Assembly: GCA_905331295.1 (NCBI GenBank)
Contig: CAJNYD010000012.1
Coordinates: 682,001 to 746,000, forward strand
Length of the DNA stretch: 64,000 bases
Reading direction: 5' to 3'
From: Rotaria socialis
Taxonomy: Eukaryota
The notes below the pieces were generated by a model. That model made no database searches, had not been told where the DNA came from, and saw only the letters and a list, made by a program, of their open reading frames with translations. Both the position numbers and the translations under genes were made by a program. Position 1 is the stretch's first letter. Each line of letters starts with the position of its first letter. This document shows positions 53,101-64,000 of the stretch, in pieces.

Positions 53101-56100
53101 GTGGCTTACAGATTTTATATTTATTTGTTCAATTAGCACAGTAGAAGAACTTTATTGAAACTACTTTCATTCATTGATTCATTTAAAATGGTCTGTCTGG
53201 ATGTATTATTTTACATTGGCCTAAACTAATATTTCGATGCGAATTGATTTTTCAATAGTTTCATGTATTGAATCTTTATCCTTAATATATCATTTAATAT
53301 GTTAGGAATGAATTTCAGTATTTGATGAAAATTAAAATGTAAAAAGTGCTTCATTCAAAAATGAGATATTGAGGATAACTTTGTTTCCTTATGAAAGATG
53401 ATCCATCAGTACTGCATCTAGAGTGTTAGACTTTCGAGTAATACTTCGATCGATTTGTTGCTTAACTATTATGTCTTTACATCGAATTTTGTCGAGGTCA
53501 AAATCAGTTTTGGAATTCCATCAGTAAAATCATCAAGCATTTTCAAATTGGTATACTGATAATTTAATTCTTCTGAAAATAGTTAACAAAAATATATCAC
53601 TACTTTCTAGATTCATAAGCTCAAAAACAAAAAGAAATCATCAAACATATATTCCTATGAACAACTAGCATATATGACAGTAAAAAATATCCGTGCGTCC
53701 TAAAGTTCAAAAATTTTACAGCACAAAGCTCTATTAGTGGGCAAGCCGGTTGTTTCCTTTTTCGAAAGCGAATCTAACGTGAGTTTTAAACTATATGGAT
53801 GAGAGTTCGAAATCATCCTATTTTAGATCGTGATAGATATTACTCATACATTATCCGAGACTATATGTTAATAATAAATCTCTTTCTAGTCTTGGATTTC
53901 TGGAAATGAAATATAAAAAAAAAATATCGAAGAACTATGTCACAATATATATTGACTGAAAGAATGACGTTACACTCAGTAGTAGTTGCTGTTTTATCAT
54001 GGTTCAGCTTTTATATTCGCAAGGATAAGGCTAAAAACTTTTTAATAAAGAAATTTATGTTAATTTTTGATAAAAATTTGAATCGATTCTATGCTATTTC
54101 AAAACAACGTTTTATCCAGCAGTCTAACATGACTATAATGATTTTCATTTTAAACTAGATCATATTAAGGAGCAAAAGTCTTTAGTATCTTTTTTTGCTT
54201 TACTTCATCTGGTATAACTTCAAGCATTTTTTTTCTCTGAATTAACTTCATCGTTTCATTTGTAATTGCATTTCTTAAACGTAAATGACTAGTATGTTGG
54301 CATGCATAATCGTCGCGTGATGTTAAATAAAATCTTGTTGCTTCTGATGTTTCTGCTAAATTTTTATGAATAATCATTTTTTTATTCATATTTTCTCGTC
54401 GAACAGTTCGTATTATTCTTGCTGTATTAACACTAAGTTCATTATAACATTGAGTTGATATATTATATTGTCCATAACGTGTGTAGTTTTTTGAAAAATA
54501 AGCTGTATAATATTGATGACGATTTGTTACGTTTGTTTTCCGATCTCCATCACCAAAATCAATTGTACAATTTATTGGAATACTTCCTTAAAATTGAGAA
54601 AAAAAATGCAACACAAAAGTTTATCAAAAAGAAAATCAGATCAATATGAATCGATTTTCTTACCATAAGTTTGTACGGTAAAGTTTTGATAGGGATGACC
54701 ATCACGATTATCGGATGAAAGATGAACGCATTTCAATGGTAAATCAGTTTTAACATAAACAACATCAACATAAACTGTACGATATTCAGACATTTCATCA
54801 TTTACCATTCGACGATAATCAGCACGAAAGTTAACTTTTTTTGAGCCTTCATTTTTCCAAGATAGACTAACCTTAAAATAAAAGAAATATTAATTCATTC
54901 GATTAGGCTGGAGAGAAAAAATCACAAGAAATGATATTTACAACTCCAGGTGTTATATACATTTCAGATGAATTTGTTTCCATATGAGTAAATTCTTGAC
55001 CTTCGATATCGCCATAAACCGTTAATGCTGCAAGATTTCTTTCATTTTTAACTGAAACAATCATCTCAACACCTTCGTTACGTTGAACTCGTGTTCGTCC
55101 TTGATTTAAAAAGGTCGCGTCAGCTATACGAATATCGAGACCTAAAATTATAGATATGTTTTTTATACAATTATTTTACTTATTATCTTCTTTGTATCTT
55201 GGCAAGCGTTAACATACCAACTTCAGTATCAACTAAATCGATGATACGTGATACTACAAGTACATGCCATTCTTCACTATTGGAACATAATTCATTCAAT
55301 GAACAGTTGCACTCCTTATCATAATTAAATGATGTATCTAATTCAAGAGAACTTTGTACACATCCACATTGACCAGTTGTCGAAGAATACAATGCAATCT
55401 ATCAAAGATAATTCAATTATAATATTCTTTAAATATTTTCAAGATTTCGAACCTTCATTTTTCGATTAGAACATTTATCACGGCATAGTTTCCAATCGTC
55501 AAATACTTCAGCAATTATATACTGATGAACACGATCATTGCTTTTTAAACATCCTAATGCAATTATATCCAGAGAAACTAAAATAATAATGCATTAAAGT
55601 AAAAAGAAATGGCATTATAAAAATATTCGAACCATTAGCGATATCTTCATCACTTAAAATTCTTTCATAATATATAATATTATCAATCATTGCTAATCCT
55701 GAATTATTTCCATAAATTACAGTTGCTTTAGGATGTATTTGTTTATATCTAAATATTGATATTTCTTTGTAATTTTCGATTTCTGTTTCTTTGTATAAAT
55801 ATCCATCAAAAAAAATTTTCATTTGAAAATGTTGACCAGACGATGTTGTATGTTTTTCAACAGTAATTATAATTTCAACCCATTTATTTATTTCTAAATC
55901 AGCTTCAATTTGCCAATAGAATGCAAATTGATCATCAACAAATTCTTTTAAACCAAACTCAAGATATGCTACATCTTTTAATTGATATAAATAAATCAAC
56001 ATTCCATCGCCATGAGATTCATGAGCACCTGTACTAAACAATAAATATTTATGTTCACGACTACGTGATTGAAATTCATTAAGACGTAATTGCAATTTTA

Positions 56101-56976
56101 ACGACCATCCATGTGATGAACATATTGCCAATTGTCGAACACATTTGAATTCATAATTTGATACATGATAATAATCATTCGAATCCAGTGATAGTATGGA
56201 TCGATTCAAGAGGTTTTTTCCGTCTAATTTGAAATAATTTTTATGATGAATGATCAAAAACTCAGTAGACAAAATGTTCATTAGCTTTCTAATTTGTTAA
56301 AGAAAACTGTAGAAATATGAAAACGTTGATTTTGGATCGAAATAGTATGTTCTTGTAAAATATAATTAGATCACCACATATTTTTCTAAGACTTCTAGTT
56401 AACGAGTTATGAAACTATATAAAACGATTTTTCAATACAGAGATCAATTCGATATTATTTTTTTAAACACGAAATTACCAATCAATTGTTCTAGAAAAAA
56501 TTACTTAGCGATCATCGTATTCACTTTTCAATTCTATTTTTTATACAAATGAAGAATACTGCCTTAGTCAACTTATTCACTATAGTAGTGAATAATAGTC
56601 AGATTTCGTTTGAATAATTTTTGATTCGTTGAAGTTAAATGTGAACTTAATCTAAATGCTTCTGAAAATGTAGCTAAATAATTGTCTCTGAACCAGAAAT
56701 GAAATAGAAATTTCGTATAACTTGATTGGGTTTCGACTTGTATTATGAACGACAAATTGTACAAAAGGTTTGATAAAACATACGAAAAAAAGTCTAAGTC
56801 GTGATTATTGAATCATGCTTTCAATTTTATACAGACTCTTTTCAAAATCTTCATGCTGAATGAACGTTTTGGTCTTTCATCATCTATTCAGTTGATAGTA
56901 ACTTACCTTGAATTTGAGAAATGACAACATTATTGGTAATAAAAGCTATTACAATAAAAAGAATTGTAATTTCCAT
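41163..56976 (-). CDS. Polycystin-1-like protein (LamG-like, WSC, PKD repeats, REJ-like, GPS, PLAT/LH2, polycystin channel domain)
   Basis: Signal peptide MEITILFIVIAFITNNVVISQ, PKD motifs IDFGDG/IDYGNE, GPS CQYWDE..WSSDGC..CLCTHLTTFG, PLAT YLRVWHDNSG..SWFL..FICNDWLAVE, HLWFSVFSRP..FTRLQR, TRAVIIDFSLYNANVNLF, KFLKLLRFN, ending ADDEEI* with TGA at 41165-41163. Confidence 0.92.
42715..43027. mobile_element. Foldback MITE with ~15 bp tandem subrepeats (Mutator/Phantom-like)
   Basis: Left CGGCAAGATGCTCC..GGATAGTTGCTCC repeats, and right inverted GGAGCAAGTGCCCGGGGAGCATCTTGTCG. Flanks TTTAGAAAT / TTTAAAAAC match 7/9, a putative TSD. Confidence 0.65.
46787..47126. mobile_element. Small inverted-repeat element with G-rich core and internal palindrome
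   Basis: GATGCCTAGTTCGAATTCGAATATAAATGGA matches, inverted, TCCATTTACATTCGAACTCGATTTAGACAGC. G-tracts at 46877-47001 and a 22 bp hairpin at 47039-47086. Confidence 0.55.
51611..51835. mobile_element. Helentron-associated (HINE/DINE-1-like) non-autonomous element
   Basis: T-run, then hairpin GTGTACTCA..TGAGTACAC, a GTGTGTCCGTCCG microsatellite seed, AACACGATAAC..CATGAAATTTTGTAC core, and a second AGTACAC followed by a GGAT..ATCC stem at ~51800-51828. Confidence 0.55.
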
Positions 56977-57848
56977 GATTCCAACACTAGAATTTTTCAC
57001 TGTTAGCTTCGATCAATTCTTGTTTATCTCTCAAATATCACCTTTGATAGTTATTGATTGCAAACGAGAAAGATTCTCTCAATATATTTTTTTCTTTTAT
57101 CAAAAACACCCTTGAGAATCATTTTAATTCCTTTTAATCATATTATGATCAATTTTTAAAAACTGAACTCCACGGAGAAATATCAATCTCTCGTCATATA
57201 TTATTCTTGTGAGCGATATATGGCGTTGGCGTAAAAAAAAAGAATATTTTTCATTTTATGCTTTCGATTGAAAAGAATATTCATGAATGGGGAATTTTCT
57301 GTCAAAAAAAGAAATTAATTAACTATATCCTTTATGAGAAACTAGATCAGCGAATAATTTTGATCATAACATCAATTATATATATTGGAACGTAAAAGCA
57401 ACTCTCATATTTATAGATAGAAATTCTCATTTGCGCAGCCGAAAAAAACTTCAACCTGCTGCAAATATTAATCTGAGTACAGGTTGATGCTATGTACTTT
57501 TTAGAACTGTTCGTATAATATATACTAAAGTATTTGTAGAGCCTTTCTTATTTAAGATCCAACGGTTAGATTAATATTATCGATGAAGAAAGAATATGTG
57601 ATAATACCAAATGTCACACGTTTGATAGTACATCAATAGACTTCGTCTTGAATTTCATACGATAAATTAATTAAATAAAAAAATCAGATAATAAAGAAAT
57701 ATTAAAAATTTTATTTATCACAATGAATCTATTGTCAACTTACTATTTTAATTACCAGTTTATCTTGTTTTTTTTTTAAACAAAAGAGCACTACAACAAT
57801 TATCACATATATAACCGTGTGTCATCTTTTTTTTTCTAATATTGTTAC

Positions 57849-58205
57849 TAGTGGCGGAACCAGGATTTCAGTCTAGGGGGAGCTCAGCTCCATCTTAATT
57901 ATTCAAAGTCTACTTACGATAGTAAAAGTTTTGTTTTTTTGAAAACTGTCACGTTTGAGTCAGTTTTCTGAGTCCTCATATCTTACTCAATCAGTTCTTG
58001 CTCATATATTTATAAACATATACATTTATNAGAGAAAAAAGGTATTAAATTCTTCTTAGTCGATTAAAAATAGGCAAATGGCTATGCTAACTTCTAGTAT
58101 TTGCATTGAAATTATTTAGTAAAGAAAGTTTGACAGCCTAAATAGCGACAAAATTTTCTAGAGGGACCTCAGCTCCCCCAAGCTCCCTCTCTGGCTCTAC
58201 CACTA
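57849..58205. mobile_element. MITE with TAGTGGCGGAACCAG-type TIRs (hAT/Harbinger-like)
   Basis: Left TAGTGGCGGAACCAG, right CTGGCTCTACCACTA, with GGGGGAGCTCAGCTCC and GGGACCTCAGCTCCCC subterminal motifs. TSD not resolved. Confidence 0.65.
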
Positions 58206-60102
58206 GCAATAGCACCTGTAAAAATGAACGAGCCAACACATCCAAAACCTAAATTTGAATCAAATTTTTTGAGAAATTATATTTCATATGAAAATCAAGC
58301 AACAACATTTAGTACATATTCTGTGCAATAGGTATCATCTGTGATATAAGAACAATTTTTTTTATTCGATTTTTAACTCATTTCAGTTATATTTATTTTA
58401 CTGCGATTTACATTGAACTGCGCATAGGTTTGGTGTATAGATTCTTTTATTGCAATATACTTATATATACGTAATATATAGTATCTCATGGTTGTATTAC
58501 AGGAAATCATGAATCTAAAAGTTCTGGTTGTGTTATGACATAGTAAGTTTAATTCTTAATAATGAGACAACAATATTCATAAGAAAAATATTTAAAAAAT
58601 GAATGCTGCATTGGACGTGATGATTCATGAGTCTTCTTTTCTGAATCAACCACATTCTTCGATTTATTGAACGAAAACATTTGTCATAAAATTTAATAAT
58701 CAAGCTGTATAACATGTTTTCTATTTTTGGTTTCTTTGTTTCGCTTGTAAATTAAACTAAATATAGAGAGTATTCAATTACTCAGGCAAATCAGTCTGCC
58801 AATCGAATCCAATTAGGTTTCCGACAGTACTTCGATTGAATTTCATGTGAGTTTCTATAAAAACCGACAAATTTTTGTAGGGATCCGAGTTTCGGACCGA
58901 TATTCAAATCTCTATTATTGTGTTCGATCATATCCTATTGTCATATTTGACGGAACCCATCTCAAAACTCTAACTGGCCTCTAGTGTCGGTACCGGATAC
59001 TAATTATTGTCCGCATAATAAAGTATGAAATTTCCTTCGAAGCCCTTAGTATAGTTCTTCAACTCGAAAACTCATCGAATTTTGTTGGCGCGTCAGATTG
59101 AACATCGAATTGTTTTATCCCGGACAAAGAAAAAAATTATACACACTAACTAAATCAAAATTTTACATTTCTCAAGAAAAATTCTCCTATTTCTTTTATT
59201 TTCTACATTACGATAAAATATTATTTTCTTCTATTTTTAAATAAGAGATTTTAGCTATGATTCGAGATTGTTCACGAAAATTCGTGCTAAAATATTTTGT
59301 TACCATCTATTTGCATATATCATCGAACTTCTTTATCAAGTGTAGTCAAATCTTATAAATTAATGTTGCGATCATCGAAAAGGAAAGAAATCTCTTGTAA
59401 CTGGATCATATAAGAAGAGAGAAAAAAAATAGCAATAGAAAATTCTTACCTAAGAGATGAAATAAATATATGAAATGAAAAGGAAGACCTTGCATAACTA
59501 AGAGGTACAATTCACATATTGAGGAGGACATTAATCACAAATAGACTTCATTGGAGACTATAGTAATCGATGACATCAGTTCTTGCGCAATCTTTCAAAG
59601 TTTACAGACTAATTCAAATAGAAATAATTACCCACACCATTCATTTGTTTTTCTTTTATTCTACAGATTAGTATTACTGTTTAAAATTAAAAAAGAAATG
59701 GAAAACTAAAATTTTAATCTTGAAATTTTTAATAGCTATAAATTTACACAAAGTATGTCGGAATAAATTATCGACCCATGAAATTTTAAAACAATTGTTC
59801 TTCATTCATTTAGTACCAGAAGGAAAGATTGCATGTCCAGAGAGGAGGGTTGTAACCTGTACTAATTAATTAATAATGAACAAAGACATATAACCAAAGA
59901 TCAACAACAATTATTCTGGTCGCATGCAAACAATGTACATCCACATTTATTCGAAGCATGATTTAAACAATATTCAGAAAAATAATTTGTAATAGATGAA
60001 GAGAACGTTAGTATTTCTCATCATTCTTAGATCTGACTAGATGAGATAGAAATTTATAATTATCTCAAGTACAGTTTATTGGAAAACCTATATATCGATG
60101 AT

Positions 60103-60765
60103 TAGTGACCTGCGTGACCATGAGTTTTGGCCACGGTCACGTAACGCTCACAGAAATTTTTCGAAAGCAGTTACGCCGATTACTTCTATCGAGCAATTAT
60201 GGGTTCATGAAAACTGTTGATCGACAACGGGGTGCGGTTAGTGCGCAGCGGTTCAACCAGAGGATGGTGAATGGGGAATAGCTCATTTCATTTGAAGATT
60301 TTCTCTTTCTAAATTTTGTTAGTAAGTTTTTTGCCCATTGAAGCGTTACTTTTTCAGAAGACTATATTTTTGAATTAATTATTAACTGTATTTTTTTTCT
60401 TTCTTCCGAATCACACATGCGCTCTGAATTTGTTCTTTTTGTGACGAATTCATGGGAGAAAACAGGGTATCAACATGGCAGTGCATTTGTTTCTTTCATA
60501 TTTTGTTATGATACTGGGTTATTCGTGCTTTTTGGGTTAAAAAAGTTTTGATCTATCAATGAAAACCTTGCCCATTTTGCCCATCATTTTCGGCACAAGA
60601 GAAGTATACCCATCGGCCTAAAAATCCTAGTTAGGACGCTGGTAGTGCGAGAAACGTCCCTCTGCTCTTTCTCAGAGCTTTCACCAAATCTCGCTCCCCG
60701 CTTGGTGACCATGCTTTTTTTCATGTCACGTTCACACGTGACCATGACCATTTTGCAAGTCTCTA
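60103..60765. mobile_element. hAT-type MITE with 8 bp TSD
   Basis: TIRs TAGTGACCTGC / GCAAGTCTCTA, subterminal GTGACCATG repeats, and flanks TCGATGAT / GCGATGAT (7/8 identical). Confidence 0.8.
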
Positions 60766-62060
60766 GCGATGATATATGTCTAAAATTTGATTTGTATCTT
60801 TTTCCCCCAATAATGCATACTCAAATTAGGAAATTTGCAGCGGAAAGGACAAGTTTTATTGCAATAATTAAGTTGGACGCTCGCGTTGATTTTCATCATA
60901 TTGATTTAGATTTTTCTGCATTCAATAGAAATTCAAACAATATTCTATATCATACTAGCAATTTATTTATTAATATAGATGAACGAATTGGTCATATGTT
61001 CGTAAAATTGAAACACTAGATAATTAATATGAATGGTTTAACTGGCCTACATAATGAACAGCTGCAACAAATAAAATGTGTTCAGTGGGTTTCAATGAAG
61101 TATGCGTATTAGTTACAAATACAACAAACTGATTCATTTTAACATGATTTTATCAGCCAATCTATATCTCCAATATGTTCAGTATCAGTAGACATAATAC
61201 AAGTGTTAGTAAATCATGATACAAAATGAATGATAAAACATTATTATGTATGTTCTTAACAGTAGTATGGGAAAAGTTTGTAATTGACTTACCAGTATAG
61301 GAGTAAATTGATTTGTTCCAAATGAAAATATGAAAGTTAGACTTAAAAATGAATTTATAATGTGAAAAATCAACTGATTCCTGTTTCCTTCAACAACAAT
61401 GTTCAGCCTCATCCACTAAATTAATAATTCATACAACAAATGATTTACGAACTCTCTCCCTCTACTTGCCCCTATCTTCACACCCGATGCTACGGTAAAA
61501 AACAAAAAGCATTGATATTGATTAATACGTTTCTCTTGTCTCAGCGTTGCCATCTAAATTCGAATTTAGTTTCCTATTTGCAATTGTAAAACGAATGATT
61601 CTTCTTTCCTACCCTTTTTCGTATTGTAAATTTTTCAAACAGTTGTGTTCTTGTTCTTTCTTTCTTTCTTTCTTTCTTTACTCAAATAAATATGCTTGTC
61701 TTCAATGTAGCAGGCTTAGATGACAGGCGTGGGTGTATATGATTTAGAATAGAAGATTCGTACATACTCATGCTCAGCACTCTCATCCTCTAAATTTACT
61801 CATAGAATTTCATGAAATTGGATACTGAAATCTGAATGATGCAATCGTTCAAAAAGAAAAATGCATCAAATTACAAAATTTGTTTCTATTCATACAGCGG
61901 AATGATTCTCCTGGATACATCTATCTTCATTCTGCCCAAAAGTATTTCTTCATAAATTGTTGAAAACGAGTGAGAAAAAGCTTTTACTAATATTAAATTG
62001 TTGTTTTAGTTAATATTAAAACATGTCTTTAGATCTTTTCATATATTTGCCTTGCTGATA

Positions 62061-62112
62061 TGAGTCAAACAATACCTGACGTCATTGAGCACGTCAACTG
62101 ATAACGTATAAA
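62061..62112 (+). promoter_or_regulatory. AP-1/CRE/TATA promoter cluster
   Basis: TGAGTCA at 62061, TGACGTCA at 62077, CACGTCA at 62090 and TATAAA at 62107, about 100 nt upstream of the ATG at 62211. Confidence 0.55.
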
Positions 62113-62210
62113 TTGTTGCTTGACGTATATTACTTTTTCAATATTTAAAAAAATAGCAAGTCACCAACAAAGCATCAACTCGTATTAAACAGCTTCATAT
62201 ATTGTACTCG

Positions 62211-62543
62211 ATGGCTCAACATAAAATAAAAGATCCCAAGGCCATAGCCTGTATCACCATTGCTTTGCTTGGATTAAGCGCTGCTATTGTTTTCTTTACA
62301 ATAGGTGGCGTCTTTTTAGCCAAAGAAAATCCCAAGTTGTTGAATTATGCCAACGATATGTGTACAGTTCAATCAAGTTCAGTGAGAAGCTATCAATGCA
62401 GAACACGTTATAGTCATTACACTTGTTATGGTGCCATATGGAATGTGTATCATGGAGAAAATAATACTATAAATGCTATAGTAGAGGAAGACCAGCGATC
62501 GAGATCTTATTCAACTGCGCTGAAAAGAACACAAGGCTATAGG
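62211..62543 (+). CDS. First exon of an unknown membrane protein (N-terminal TM plus Cys-containing loop); gene probably continues beyond the window
   Basis: MAQHKIKDPKAIACITIALLGLSAAIVFFTIGGVFLA...CTV...C...TCYGAIWNVY...GYR, followed by donor GTAAAA. A possible acceptor lies at the window end (~63997). Confidence 0.6.
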
Positions 62544-63682
62544 GTAAAAAATTGAAAATAGAATTTCTTTAAAAATCGACTATGAATAAGACCATCATTA
62601 CAGATATTTTCACACAAGTGCCACAGCTTTTTATCTAAAATTTAGTGCATAGTATCAAAATAAATACTTGATAGAGATTTCATATTTTGAAAAATCCTAT
62701 TTTTAAACATTTCCATCAACTATTTCCAGTGAAAACTCTTAAAAAATAGTAGCTTCTGTAAAGTATTTCAGAATTTTAACACGACTCATTCGAGAAACAA
62801 AATACTTTCAATGCATTGTCGTATTGTAGAATATGGTGACAACTAGTCTTGTTTTTAAAATTCAACAGTTGAAGATTTAGAATATAAAAATTCTGAAACT
62901 CCTCTGAAACGCCACTGTCGCCACTGTATGAAAAGTGTTAAAGTAAAAGGGATGCTAATACCAAAATTGGAAGCGTAATGCTGCTAAACAATTGGGTTCT
63001 ACTCGTGTCTCTGAAAATCAGATTATATTAAAAATTTATTTTCTCCATTGAATCTCAATGCGAGAACTGATTCTAACTTATAGGATATTTAGTAGACAAT
63101 GATGCAATATCTAAAAATAGAAAACAGATATGAATATTAGAACTGAAAATTAGAAAAGGGTGTCCGTTGTAAAAACATCTACGTATGTATGAATGTTTAT
63201 CAGCTAAAGTTATTTTTATTGTCTATACTTTTATAAAAAAACCTATTCCAATATTAAAAACATCTTTCAGAATATATCGAATATAAGATTGCTATAGAAG
63301 TAACAAAAATCAAATGAAAAAATCTTCTACGATCTAATTTTTTTTAAATGAGCAGCGTAATATAAAACTGTCTCATTCGCATACACGAAGTACAGAAATT
63401 GGTATATGATGGTGTCTCTAAAGCAAAGGAAAGTAGCAAAGATTTTTTTCTGATACTGTATATACGTATGTGACCAAGTTGCATCAGTAGATTTATTGGG
63501 TATATGTTTCCAAATACATGAACTAATCACCATGAATGTTCTTAGTCAAATATGTTCAAAAAACTCTTGGTACATAACACGATATGGCATGCAGAAAAAA
63601 AGAAAGAAACACTGAAATTCTGGTATAAAAGGATTAAAACAAATGTCACAGCGGCAGTTATCTTGTTAAAATATACCCTTAA

Positions 63683-63827
63683 ATAGGGTTGCCCACTAGA
63701 CGTCACTGTCGGTGACAAAAGTGACACTTTTCCCGATGTTGTCACTGACGTCGCTAGGGGTGGTATTTTAACTTTACAATACTTTAAGAAAGTATTAAAA
63801 TTTAAAGTAAAGCTAAAGTACCACCCC
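63683..63827. mobile_element. hAT-like MITE fragments with a short foldback
   Basis: TAGGGTTGCC start with GTCACTG/GTGAC repeats, and inverted repeat GGGGTGGTATTTTAACTTTAC..GTAAAGCTAAAGTACCACCCC at 63757-63827. Confidence 0.45.
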
Positions 63828-64000
63828 GATCCGTAAACAATCATATTCATTGATAAAGATTAGATATAAAATGTAATCAAACGTTGTTTTCTACTCAAAA
63901 AGAATGTGTTGCTATTCAAAAACAATAAACTAAACATGCTGTGTCTGCGTTAATTTGATCAGAATTATAAGAATAGATGGCATTTATTGTTTTATAGAAT

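Noticed and set aside
58780..59125. Degenerate CCGA/ATCC-rich repeat patch
   Set aside because: Probably a TE remnant, but no termini or TSD could be defined.

Overview
Eukaryotic, AT-rich, gene-dense animal DNA with very short (~50-70 nt) GT-AG introns. The overall character fits a bdelloid rotifer, but that is inferred from style, not proven. Spliced genes read by eye: the 3' end of an SR-rich protein, a ~15-exon PqaA/AprA-family alpha/beta hydrolase, a tachykinin-like neuropeptide precursor, a stand-alone MOCS1A/moaA, ELAPOR/KIAA1324, Rab1, TXNL1, a Dmrt99B/DMRTA-type DM gene, FAM161, an intronless SLC35A4, a ~16 kb PKD1-like polycystin, and the first exon of a Cys-rich membrane protein. 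There are two clear pseudogenes (an HExxH protein and a GSK3-like kinase) and many non-autonomous DNA transposon remnants, including a CACTA-like element nested in the TIR of another element. The best leads are: two gene pairs with operon/SL-trans-splicing-like junctions (MOCS1A>ELAPOR, Rab1>TXNL1); MOCS1A lacking its usual MOCS1B partner; an AUGA-overlapping uORF on SLC35A4; micro-exons at the PqaA active site; and an unusual LamG-WSC-PKD-REJ polycystin. All assignments come from motif recognition. No searches were run, and exon boundaries are manual.
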